From Amphiscolops sp. MND2022 (lineage: Eukaryota), in NCBI GenBank assembly GCA_964187785.1, contig OZ076409.1, positions 55,678,001-55,742,000 of the forward strand: 64,000 nt of DNA, read 5' to 3'. A model generated the notes under the pieces. That model worked only from the letters and a program-made list of their open reading frames with translations, searched no databases and had not been told where the DNA came from. Made by a program: the position numbers and the translations under genes. This document shows positions 26,673 through 39,700 of this stretch, piece after piece (position 1 is the first letter of the stretch; the number at the start of each line of letters is the position of its first letter).

Positions 26673-27171
26673 GGTATGTAACCAGTTGGTAGAAAACCAG
26701 TTTGTAGAAAAATGATGTCCAGTTTGTAGATTTTTTTTCTACAAACTGGTTAGGACCAGTTTGTAGAATTCTGGAATTGAATATAAACGACCAATTTTGA
26801 AGAATTGATGCAAAGTACAAAACGTGCCTCGGATATGTCCCCCCTTGGGCCGCTTATGTTCTCATCTTGCTAAGCGAGTTCGAACAGGAGCAAAGACCTA
26901 GCGGGATCGGAGATCGCAAAGCGATCGTAGTGGGAGCTGGTCTTTGCGACGGTGAGGGCGAGCGTGCACACACCGGATATGCCCCACATTTCAGTTTTTA
27001 GATATTTTTTTTAGATCTTAGACGGTGGACCTCTCAGAATCTTGTTTGAAGGATGTCCAGTTTGTAGAATTTAGTGCTCCAGTTTGTAGGATTCAATGAT
27101 CCAGTTTGTAGGAAAAAAATTCTACAAAATGGACCACCTAGGAATAGTATTCTACAAAGTGGACCTATTTC
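26673..27171. mobile_element. MITE arm-type A with shared core, about 370 bp upstream of the SLC45 start codon
   Basis: TSD tatgggga (26665-26672) / tataggga (27172-27179); ccagtttgtag arm arrays; core at about 26822-26988. Confidence 0.85.
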
Positions 27172-27537
27172 TATAGGGAAGCATTTTCAGATATCCATTG
27201 TTAGTAGGTTACAAATGTTTTGATGTATTTGTAAAGTGTTTCATTTCAGAGGATCATTGTGTGAAATAGATGTTTAGAATTTCGACGTTTTCGGATTTCT
27301 AAGATAGTTTTAGATTGGTGAACGCGCTGTAATTGCTCTACCTGAGTGGCTCTTCGATTTATCCCTATTTTCACATATATTCTATCAATTCTTTCAGAAG
27401 GCAATGAAAATAACACGCAGTAGTTACCGATCTCAATCATGACATCAATGTTCAAGATCAGCAGATGTCTTTTCAATCGTTGAAGTGTTTGGAAGACTCT
27501 TTGGTGCAAAAACGTCAGTGTTCATTTGGCCAATAAA

Positions 27538-27724
27538 ATGAGCAGACTGAATTTGCGAGCTGCGCTGTTTGTCAATTTCGTCAGTTGCGGGCTGGAGTTT
27601 CTATCATGTGCTGGATTCACATACATACCACCTCTTCTGAGGAAAAGTGGTTTATCCGAGTCTCTGATGGCTCTGGCTATGGGGATTGGGCCTTTACTTG
27701 GGTTCATTTTTGTTCCATATATCG
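27538..27724 (+). CDS. SLC45A3: SLC45-like exon 1
   Basis: aaaATG MSRLNLRAALFVNFVSCGLEF...GPLLGFIFVPYI; donor G|GTTAGT. Confidence 0.9.
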
Positions 27725-30700
27725 GTTAGTTCATTTTCTCCTTTATTCGCAATCTTTGTATGGAGTCATAAATGACCGTGTGTACTGAAACCCAGTTCAT
27801 ATTGAAAAACGTCTGGGAGGCCCTTGTTGTCGTGAAGCCATGTCTGAGAAAATTAGGGTGTCATAAACACTGCAAGCTGCAGAGCCTCCTTACAGTGTCA
27901 ATAACAATCTCATAAGTATTGGAAACCTTAGCAAGTGGAGGAAAATTCTCTAATTGCACTGTATAAACTATCAGTGGACTTTCGAAACTTTTTATGAGAA
28001 TGGCTTCTTATTTTTTCAGCGCTGCGCGACTTTTTCTTGAAATGTTTCCAGTTAGGGGGAAAGGGCCAAGTCTCCATGGCTATTTTTAGATCTGTAAAAT
28101 GCGTTGCTCTTTTTGAACCTTAGGCCGTTCCAAGCTTGTTTCACTTTCTCAGACATGAAAAACTTCTGGAATACTTTATTCAAAGATCTATAATCGATGA
28201 AAAGGTTTCAGCTTTGTTGGAGACAGATGAGCCCTACCCTTGAGCGTTATCCACTATTCCGTTTTCATTCCTTTTACTGTGATGATCAGTGGCCATTGAA
28301 GGGTTAAGCTGCCAATAGTGAAAATTGAACTGACGAAACCGTGATGCAAAAATAGTGAAATTTAGAATGTGAAAAAGTGAATGGCTCCAATCAGGATTCG
28401 CATGTTCAAAACATGCGTGTGGCTTGGAATGAATTTTCAGCACTCTGACGAAACACGAAATCGACTCCCAATTGAGAAAGCCAACAAACAAACCGTAAAC
28501 TCAGTCCAGTATTTGTGATAGATCGAGAATTGTGATTTTTTTTGAACCATGGCTCCAATAGAAGAATTCAAGCCTTAATAATTCCCGATTTATTCATCAC
28601 CACAGACAAATTTCGCAGTATTTCAGTTGCCTTTGTCAGCTTTTTGAATTGGGAAAAATCGCCATCTTGCCATGACATGTGAATAGCCAACCGTTGCCAA
28701 CCGATCAACGGAGAAGCTCAAATAATATTTTTTGATCCAAAAAAAGTTCACTGTAAGGTACTTTTAGAGCTAAGGTGAATTGTTAAAATTGCAAATATAG
28801 TAAATTCATACTTTCTTGTTTTATTCTGAATAATTCATGTATAATTCGAACTTTTTAATAATTCAAACGTTTTACATCCCTGGGACTTCAAACTGGGGAA
28901 ATTGATTGTGTCAATGTGGCTTGTTGAAAAAACATGAAGCTGAAAATTATTCATGATAAATTAATCGACACTCTTTTATGATTTTTTCGAAAGAATCATA
29001 CAGACTATTATCATAGGTTGAAAAAAAAAGTAAAAATCCCGAATTTATTACAAGAAATGTGGCGTTGGCCGTTGATGAAAACATGGAGGATAATGAAAGC
29101 TTCGCTCTCCTAAAGTGTTGAATAACTCAAATGTGACCTTTGAACATCGCGCTAGAAAGTTAATTAATCTAAATCTTGTTTTTGGTCAATTTGAAATACA
29201 GAATCGATGAATGAAGTCCTAGAAAAGCTTTCGATTGATAAGTCCCAAACGATTATAACGAATTATGCTCGCAGGACTAACCGAAACTAGCTACATAAAG
29301 TCTGTTATCGAATAGGTAACTATTGTTCTTTCTGAAAATTCGTTATAACAAATTCACAAAGCTATGTCAAAGACTCCATAAAAACACAAATTTGAATGGT
29401 TAACACTGATTGGTTGAAAAATTAAAACTCTTCTCTTCCGATTTCATCTATGAGTTCGCAATAAATAAGTCAGTAATTTTGTACCGTTTCAGGTGAACGC
29501 AGTGACAATTGTCGTTCAAGATATGGTAGAAGGAAACCGTTCTTAGGTGCCTTTTGTACAATAGCTGCCTTGTCTTTCGTGCTCATGCCTTGGGCTCATT
29601 CATATTTGCCTCTGATAGACCATTCAGACCGCATACCGTCTTTCTCGGAGCTATCGTCTGGTGAAAATGCAAACCCAAGTGGAATGATGCCGCCCTCGAA
29701 GTCAGTAGCTGTGGCTGTATCACTTCTAGTTGTAGTCTTTGATTTCTCTTCACAAGTCGCTTTCACACCACTAGGTAAGATGTTTTCAATTAGCATTCAA
29801 GAAACTTCTTCTATGCGTTCACTGGAATCGTATTTCAGTCAGTTGATTAAGTTTTATGGATGAAATGTTTCCCAAGTCTAGGAAGACATTCATTCCATTG
29901 AACAGATAATCCTCCCAATGAGACTAGCCGGTTTCGATTACCCAGAGCTTGTATAAGCTTTGACGTACTTTCGATTGTATTTTTTATACCCTAATGTTTT
30001 TGTCACTTGACCGAATTGGAGTTTTGACAGTATTTTATCAAACTTGCAATTATCTCGATGTGGAGCTTTTCCAAAAAATAATTGTGAGCGTGATTAAAGC
30101 CTCCACTTGAGTTCGATTTTTATTTGTTCGAGTTTTTCCCAATAAACCATGTCCCGCAGCATGCAAAAGTTGTATACAAGTTCAATTCTATTGAATGAAG
30201 CCCCTCAATCATGTCCTCGTTTACCATTCCACGGCCAGCAGGTAAACATGTTTGATGAAATGTTTAGTGACCTAACGCTCATTTTTTACTCAACATTACT
30301 CCTAGCCACTGGTAAAGTATTTTCAGTTGCAAAGTATGTCACCGCGCATTCACTGCCGTGACGAAATGTTCGCCTATAGCTGCTTCCTCGTTCGTTTGAA
30401 AAGTTCCCTTTTGCGTTCATGTTGCAAAAGTTTCAATTCAAGATTTGTGTGCTTCCACTAGAACTGAAGGTGATTGGAATAAAAACTTAACTAAAATTCG
30501 AGTCTCATGTACTCCAGATTCAAACCCCTAGAAGGTGATCGCGGTCCTGATTTTCTTAAAATCATATAGGAATAAAATTAATATACATCTTGAAATTCAT
30601 ACGTAATTAGGAAAAAATCTCAGAATTCTCGAATGATGCAACAATTTCGTCAACACTAGAATCTTCGAAATTTCATTACAACTTTACCGGCAAATGTTTA

Positions 30701-33700
30701 AGCTCTGTGTTCAAATTTGGAATCATTTTAGAAGCACTTCTGGCTGACATGGGCCGTACACTGGGGTCAACTGGTACGGAGCAGTTGTTCCAGTTCTACT
30801 CGTTCATGGTTGGCGTCGGAGGAGTGTTCGGCTACCTCATTACTTCCCTCGACTGGAGAGGTATCCCCTTCATGTCCATGTTTGGGGCCAACACCCAGGA
30901 GGAGCGCGTGTTCCTGGTGGCACTCACCTTTTTCCTGTTCACATTCACCATATCAATGAGACATGCAAAGGCACTGCTTTGAAGACCATTTTATAGATCT
31001 TTGTCATACAATGTCATAGATTAATTGATACCGTCATTATATTTTCAAAAGCTTCATATTAGGTAATCCAGAGTTGGTAGACTTCGTCTTCGATGTCCGG
31101 AAATGATCGTATCAGAATATCGAACACGAATTCTTTTTTCATTCTCTGTTGGGATGATGGACAAAAAGAGACCATTGGAATCTCGCCATTTCCCATGAGC
31201 TTCCGCCCCTGATGTAAAAAAATCCCGCGTTAGTGTTCCAATGATCTCCTATCTATGGTCCCCGTGATCATCGTGGGCTCTTGGGCCAGTTAAGTCGGGC
31301 ATCAGGTGTGCGGAAGCTATTATTATGATAGTGGGTATCAGTGCTCACGAGTTCCGATTTTTTCTCCTTTTTCGAGCTGCTTTCAGTCATTTTTTTTGTC
31401 TCCCCTGCCAATTGCGACTCCTCCCACATGAAGCTGTTTCACGGGATGAAAACCTTTCATCAAGATGTTTCAACTAGACTTGGATACTACTTTTTTCATT
31501 TACAATAATTGCGGATATATTGAATTTGCGTTGTCTACAAGAAGTTATATCCATGCGTGAGGTTTTCTCACTTCATCTATTTGAGTATTCACTAGTCCTT
31601 AACAACGTCGCCAGTACACTAGGGGTGTCTCACAGGAACAGTTACTGTCGCTTCTAGATTCGGTCCCTAAGCTTTTTTATTTTGTTGGAACTCCGCTTTC
31701 TTTTTCTGGCTACTCTGCGATGCAAGAAACAAGAGCATTCAAGAAAAAAGTAAAAAAAAATATATATATCACAAAAAAGCAATATTAGACACAACTCATT
31801 TCTATTGCGTGGATTAAGGCTTCCGTCAAGCGGGCGTTTGCCTTTGGAAGTCTTCTGTTGAATTTCTGTCATGGATTTTTTCTTCTTGAAATTATTCTTT
31901 ATTCTAGAGATAAATTAAATTATTATTATGTCTGCAGTGCTGAAGGCAATAGTTGAAGCCATTGATTCATTCAAGCCAGCCATGGTTCGGCTGATTAAAG
32001 TTATTGAAATTTTTCGAATCAGTATTGTCGTCAGTACTGGTAATAATATCAAAAGGTCATAGTTTCTTAACCCACTAATTTTTCCTTCAGTGCCTGTAAA
32101 ATTGGTAAAATTCAAATTTTCTAATTAGGTTGTTTGATTTTGAATTAAAATGGTCATCACTGAACTGAACACAGGATAACCCATCGACGGGCAAAAGAGT
32201 CCGGTTAGACTCTAAAACAGAGTTCAGAGCTTGTGCAAGTTTGACGTCGCCCAAATCATTGTGGAGTCGCGTCTTCTATTTGTTGTGCCCCACAAGTCTT
32301 CGACGTATCATGGCGCTGCCCTACTGCTTGAAGCGGTTATGCATCTACCAGTTCTTTGCCTGGAGTGGACTCATGAGTTACAGTCTGTTTTTCACGGACT
32401 TCGTCGGCGAGGCTGTTTTCAATGGCGATCCTTCGCCCGAAGCTGGTCAGATGAGGAATAATCTCTATGATCAAGGCTAGTCAGTTACCTTCCGTGATAC
32501 ATGATCTGTTGTTTTTGTCCATCAAAGTTACAAACAAAGAAACCAAGCTCGTCAAAAGATGACGTTCCTTTGATAATGAACATTCTAATGAATGAAATCA
32601 TTGCTTTTGTTTCAATACCAGTCTCTTTATTTTTATCTCTTCATAGCTATCTTTTCAACTCCTAAGCTTTGCAACGATTAGAGTGGCAATAAAGATTCTT
32701 GCATGTAGTCAATCATTTTTTTCCAGTTTCGTGCTTCTTCAGGTGTGAGAGTTGGGTCCATAGGACTGTTGGTACATTGTGTGTCGGGCAGTCTGTTTCC
32801 TATCTTGCAGAGTGCACTGTGCAAACGCCTGTCATCATGTGTTGTGCTCTCTTCTACAATCTTCTGCTCAACGCTTTCTGTGAGTATCAACGTTTCTGTT
32901 GTTGCTGTTAGGTATTTCATGTATTTCCTAACCATTATTCATCGTCGAAAAAGTTGAAAGAGAGGAAGCAATCGCCTTCCATACTTATTATGCCCCTTAT
33001 TGTGCTTCTTTTTAACTGAAATAATCGAGTTCTTAATTTTTTTTTTCATAAATTAGTTTTCAAGCGTTTACAAAGTACTGTTTATACCTTTGTTGAATTT
33101 CTGCAACAGCGACTGAACTGCCGTGTTCCTTCCATTATCTGGAGTGGAATTTATATCACACTTTCATATTGGGTCTATTGGATCTGAATACAATCAGGAA
33201 TGCTTCACTTTTCCCAAACAATGAACTTAGACTGAAAAAAATATTCGCCAAAGCAAATTTTTTCCCAAAGAAACGCAATAAAATATTAGGATAGAATCAC
33301 GTTAATTCACTAATGAGTTGTTCTTTGTTATAAGAGAAACACCGCTTGTCTTGGGAAGTTATTGAGTTTAAAAGTTATGCCTAGACATGCAGAAGAACGA
33401 CATATATTTGGCACAAATAAGCAAAATTTGACATAAAAAGTCCCTCTCGGAACGGTAAAAATGAAATGCACAAGCAATCGAGTATTGGATTTTTACATAC
33501 TGTTCTTGGAAACCATCCTTAATGCAATTCGTATTCCGGCTTTCTTGAATGTATTTTTGAAGAATATCGAAATATCGCAGTGCCACGGTGCCACTTGTTT
33601 TAATATTTCTCTGTTGAACAGAAAAAGTAAGTTTATTGTCATAAACCGCTTTAAATTGCAGCGTGTGAGTGATGCCAGTTTGTCTTGATGTTTCTCAGTT

Positions 33701-36700
33701 CTGAAGCTTGAGTACGAGGACACGGAAATGGGGTCATTATTTATTTGTGAAATTACTAGAAGTTTTGCTACGTAGCCCAGCTGTTGGGTGTCTTTTTGAA
33801 TCACGTTTCAGCTATATATGGAGCTTCAATGTTAGGTTGATCTTGTTTGTGAAGTGGTTAACGGTACTTTGTTTCGACAGATTGTGATCATGGTTTTGAT
33901 GCCTTCCTCGCTGACCATGATAACCATGTCAATATTCCCTGGATTCTTCATGGGCGCCATGCTGTCTGTGCCTTTCAATCTGGTCAGCAAATATCACGAT
34001 TACGAAAATGTTAGTCTTCACTACTTTTCTGTCAAGCTGTCTCTTTCTAAGCAAGTTGTAATAAAGTATAAAAAGTGAAGTATAAAGAAAGAAAAGTTGT
34101 AATAAAAGATGAAAGAAAGCAACTCTACTTTGAAGAAAGTTTTCTTTCCTCTGTTGTTTAAAGTCTGCAACGAAACCTGTTATTGAATCCTTGGGTCTAA
34201 ATAAACTGAAACGTTTTTGTGAGCCGTTCTAATCATGTGAAACTCATTTGGGGACCTAATGTTGTTTTGAGTGATCATAGAGTACACTGTATCCCAATGT
34301 TTTTGCATTTTCGGCTTGAACGTTTTGAAAATGTTGGAAAACAAGTTGTCAAGCTTTTCCTGATTTTGTTTGTATCCTTTATTGTGTCATCGGCCTTTTT
34401 ATCATTTTGTTATTCGATGGTAAAAATATCAAGAATATTTTGAAAGAAAGTAAAAATAAGGCAGCATCCTTCACTAAAGTGTTGCTTGCTTTATGATATA
34501 TATGCAAAAAATAAGGGTTGACTCAGAAATGTGGTTTCAGAATGCGTGCCGCTTCAAGAAATCTGATTTATGGTTGTCTGACATCTTTGTCATTCAAAAC
34601 TTCAGGCTTAAGGCCTTTCAAATCTCTCATTTTTGCGCTTTGGATGCATTGAAGAAAAGTTAATTGTGATACCTCTTTAAACCGTATGTTTTCCGCTGGT
34701 TGCGGATGCGAAAATAGATTTTTAAATTAATCATAACCTCCCCTCACTGCGATATTTGCAGGAAATACTTGTTGAGTTTTTTTGAAGTTTCAAGTGACGT
34801 CAATGAGTACAGCAGCTTGTTTTGAATCCAATTACTATAATTACCACAAAAATAATCCATAAGACTTTTCCATCAATATGACGTTCAAAATTATATTGCG
34901 TTTACTGCTAAAAATGAATAATTTGTTACGCGATTTTTTTGTGTGAGTTCTGTGTCGTTGAGTATTTGACGGTGATTTTGTGCGCACAAAACATGTTTCC
35001 TGGGCTTAATATGTAGCGTTTTGCATGTGCGTATAATAGTTTAAATAATTTATCAATTCGTATTCGTAACCAAAGGTTTCTACCATTTGTTTTATCAGAG
35101 TTAATCCAATTTGTGACTTGGCTGTAACAGCACTCAATTTTGTTCTGTTTTAAAATCGGCTGTTTTGTCCCATTTTGAAAATCGGCTGTTTTTTCCCGTT
35201 TTAAATTGGCTGTTTAGTCCCGCTCCCAATTTTTAGTTCTATTTTCTTGTAGTATGACTCTGCTTCATTTCATTTTAGAAATTTTTGACGAATTTTTTTT
35301 AATTTGAAAGCTTTGTGTAATAAATTTTAAATTCATGACAATGAACAATCCGGGGACGGCATAAGTCGGCGCCATATCTGAGGCTCAAAAATAGCAAAAG
35401 GACTTCAAAGTGTCAAGTATTCTTTTACAGTACTTGAAAAACCAAAAGTTGGAGCGAATTGGCGCAAGGGCCCTTTCGGATTTTTTAACATCCATTGTTG
35501 CAAAGCGTCAAAAAAGTTTCGATTCGATCTCTCCACAAATTCTTGTAAATACCAGTGAAGCATTCTTTTGATGATGGTCTTTTTTCGATTCTAGTACGAC
35601 TCGATATGCTGGGTATGCACTCCACTCTCAGGTTCCACAAAATTAACCGAATGATTGACGGTTTTGTGTTCCAACCCCATCCGCATAATCCCTCGGTAGG
35701 CCCGCCATTCATCAGTATGAACTACGGATCCTGGCTCCACAACTGAATTGATAATCGGCAATAACGTTTCAGTATCCCTTGTATCGACCATTTCCATGTA
35801 GCCTATAGCCGGACTAGTGCTTGTATCCACAATCCCGAAAACCCATTGCGTTTTTTGTGGGCCTCGACCACGACGATGTTTCGGTTTATGTGAGAAACAA
35901 CTTTCATCGGCTTGTACAATCACGCCCGGGCCCCCCAACCGGATAGGGTTTCTTGGCAAATAACGGTCGCAAATTTCTCAGGCACGCAAAAGCATTAATG
36001 ATAGCATACTCAGAGAGGCCGGTTTGCAATTGAGTCTGTTCGTTTGAAGTTTGTATTGACCACAGGTAAATTAAATGTAGCTATTCTGGTAACTGAATAT
36101 TGCTTTGGGCGAAAAAACTTCCCGTGCGAATGGAAAAAATACTTCTGTATTTCGCACAATCTCCATTTTGACACTTCCAGCCAAAACCATAATTGACTTT
36201 TTATATCTTGTCCAAAACAGACGATTTTTGCAGATGGGACAATTTAAACTTCGTGGGAAAATGCCCAACTTTTTGAATTGTTGAATGCAAAGTTCGTTGT
36301 TTTGTAATTATGGAAGTATGTCCGTTTGGAAGCACATTTGTATAATGATTGATTTTAACTGTCAATCAATGGAAAAGATATGATTATGTCGACATCAACT
36401 ATATTCAATGTGATGTCGACTTAATTCCTTTAAAACTGGTATTTGAACCTTCTGTATTATCCCCCCCGCCGCAGTTTAGGGGGGGGGGGGGTAGATGACA
36501 TGGTCCAAAATATTTTTCGAAAAAAGTCTCACAATGCCGAAAAAAAACTAAAAGGGGACCCTTTGGCATTTTTCCTTATCCATTCTGTCGCCAAACATCA
36601 AAAAAATTGAAGGGGACCCTTTGAGGAAAAAAAATCGAAAAAGTTGCACAATGCCGATAAAAAACTGAAAGGGGGGACCCTGTAGTCCCGCCCAGTACTG

Positions 36701-39700
36701 TACGTGACGCGGAAAAACTTTTTTGGTTGATTTCGCTAGGCCAAATAGTTCAATTTGACCCCATAAAATTTGGTAGAACTTTTATAGAACTGTTTTGGTC
36801 AGTTCGTGTGGATTGAAAAAAAGAGTCACTATAAAAGTCGCGTTTCACTTCATGAAGCGCCGACTAAAAATGGGCATCTTCTGCAAACTTCTTTCACATT
36901 AATCGCTGTTATAACGAAGAAATGAGAGATTTAAAATGGATGCCATGTTGATAATTTTTAGACTGAATCAAAGAGTGTAGAAGTTATTTGACCTTTAGAC
37001 CTATGTGACTTTTAGAAGATATGGGCCTTTCTGAATAGACTAACATCAGGTATATCTGATTGTATTATACGAATTTTCTTATACATTGTTTGTTTTTATC
37101 TGTTGCCATCTAAATAATTGGCATATCCATGTTTTAGCGACTGGCAAGTACTTGAAATTGACCAAGACCTTATATTTTTCTTTTCTTTACCTCCTTTCCT
37201 TTAATTATTTAATTTGTTTTGTATTGGATTAATGTGAATGGTTAACGGTAATTGTGAATAATAGATACATTGGGGGTTTCATGTTTGGCAATGGGGTCAG
37301 CCGATTTCTCGGAAAATAATAATTGGTTTTTTCACTAACCAAGTTTGAGTTTAACTTTTCAGTTACATCCTTATACTACCATGTTGATGAATACAGAAGA
37401 TATTGTGCATAATTTAGAAAGTACTGCAAATGATAATTGGTTTCTCGGTAGATTAAGTTTCCGACTTTTGGTAACGCAATAAAATTGTCTCAAAATTTTC
37501 AAACAATGACTATTTTATTCATAAAATCCTTTTCTTTCATAAAATGAAAGAAATACGATGAATTGGATCATTATTATTTATTCTATCATTAGCTATATAT
37601 TTTAATGTGCTCATTATTGAATTATTTTCTAGGCTATCGAATAATGATTTGCAGCATGTTTCTTCGTATTCAAAATCCGACCTATTGCTTTTTCGGTCTG
37701 CTGCAATTTCGATCCCAACTATACCACGCAACAAAATCAATGGCACAAACTTTAAAACGTGGTTATTCGGAACGGTTAATTATGATAGGTTCTCCTTTGT
37801 TATACAACAACCAATGGTTAATGCGTTTATTATGCTTAAAAACCAGTTTCAAAAACGAAGTGTCATACGAAGAGGCGCAATCTGAAGCCACCCAACGTGG
37901 CAAATTTTGCGACCAAGTGTGATAAGCTAACTATACTGTATGAGTTTGGCTGTAGATATTGATGTTTTTCAGAAAAAAAATTTTCTAGGCGGTCCATATA
38001 ACCCAATTTGGCCAAATTAATCCACGGCCATACATTCAAACTAGCTGAAAGGAGTGGACATACCAAGAAAATGTCTACCAATGTGGGCATACCATACAGC
38101 GTCGACTAAAAGCGATCGTGTTGTGACTTTTGACTAATTGATGGTGATTTCAAAGGAGTGAACGCAAAAAAAAACATTTTAGTTTTTGCGTTATCTTTAG
38201 TTTGAATGCTTCCAGATAAACTTGAACTTTCGGAAACTATTCCTGGAATTGACAGATGTGATTCTGCAAATATTCACAAGAGAAATAATCCTAAAAATTT
38301 TATGCGGAATGAAGAAGTAACACCGATCCCCGAGGTGGCTGATTTCTAACCTAAAATTTAAGCCAAACTCATTCTCTCCCAACATGATGTCTTTGAAGAT
38401 GTTTCAAATTGATGGTATATAATCATTGGGCAATTGGGTTCCAATAAAAACAAGCTGTGAAGGGCTCAAGCCTGTACCCTTCCTAATGCTCAAAGAGCGC
38501 AAATAGTTTTCAGGGAAGGCTGATGTGTTGTTTTTAGTGGCCGACTATTGACTAGATTTTTCCATGAGAGCTTTCTGATAACTTTCAAAAGAATAACCTC
38601 ATAAGGCTATCACTTTGTTTGCAAAAGTAGGGGAGACCAAAGTGTCCTTCTTTAAAAATTATGAACAGCTTTGCTCTTTTGGAACCTTGAGCGGGGCACC
38701 GATTTAGGCCGTTCCCGACTTGTTTTGCTTTGAAGTTTTCCTTCAAATGAATTTGAAACCGAAATCCAATTTGACACTGCAAATTCAAAAGTTATAGTTT
38801 TTTATTGTTTCTAATTTTATTGTACACTTGCAATGCCGATGTCTGGAAGAAATGAAATAACCAGCTCCTGTTTCGCATTTTTCGAGGCAAATTGTTTTTT
38901 TTTCAATGACTGCAGTGAAGTTTCCATGAAATCTAAATTGGTTGTAATAAAATGGCTACGCCAGATTTGAAATGACAAAACGTGACACTTAACCATGTGT
39001 CATTTCAAAAGAACACTCTTGTGGGAATTCACTTTGGTAAAAAAGGAAGCCACCAATTTGCGTGTGATTCCATTTTCTTTTACTTTCGTTCAATACATCT
39101 CTCGCCAGTTGTGTGGTTCCCTACTCGAACACATGCGGTTTATAAAGTGAAATGAAAATCTGCTATAGAATTGGTTTTCAAAAGAAATTTTAATTTCATT
39201 GAGTGCCCGGCGTTGCCACGTGGACTGCCGCCGCTGTATGATGTCTCCTCGCAATGAAATGCGCAATTTTGTACCGTTTCTGTGCTCATGTCCATGCAAG
39301 ACTAACTTTCTGCTCTTTGCTCAAAATGTGAAGTGATCAGATGTTTAAACATGTTTTGATTTCTATCAATTTGTTTGGAAAAAAATTCCTTTATCCAACC
39401 CTTGAAGGGATATTTACAGTGGCCTTTATTACAACATAAACAAATATTCTGCTGTTTGAAAATTAGATGTGTATTACATTGTGTCTGTATGACGTTCCCC
39501 TAGTTTTCAATATAGTTTTTTCAGGTTTTTGACCTTTTGTTTGGCCTTCTCTTGACACTTCAACTCGCTCTTACTTTTCATCATGAATAGTTCGTTTTTA
39601 TTGGCCGGCAGTCGAATGATTTTTGCTGCAAAACTTGGAAATCAAAATTTTTTGTCTTCTATCAATTTATATGAAGATGATGAAGTTTGAGAGATTTTAT

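Noticed and set aside
21461..26988. Recurring peptide PILLSEVEQEQRPSG...GAGLCDGEGERAY as a gene family
   Set aside because: It is the translation of the repeated MITE core, with inconsistent starts and ends and indels in some copies.
22047..27171. CRISPR-like array
   Set aside because: No regular repeat/unique-spacer pattern, no cas genes, eukaryotic context; TSD-bounded MITEs explain the structure.
38200..38800. Very decayed RT-like strings (PAQGSK..LFIIF; also near 47200-47400 and 54500-54960)
   Set aside because: Too degenerate to assign a family or boundaries without a search.
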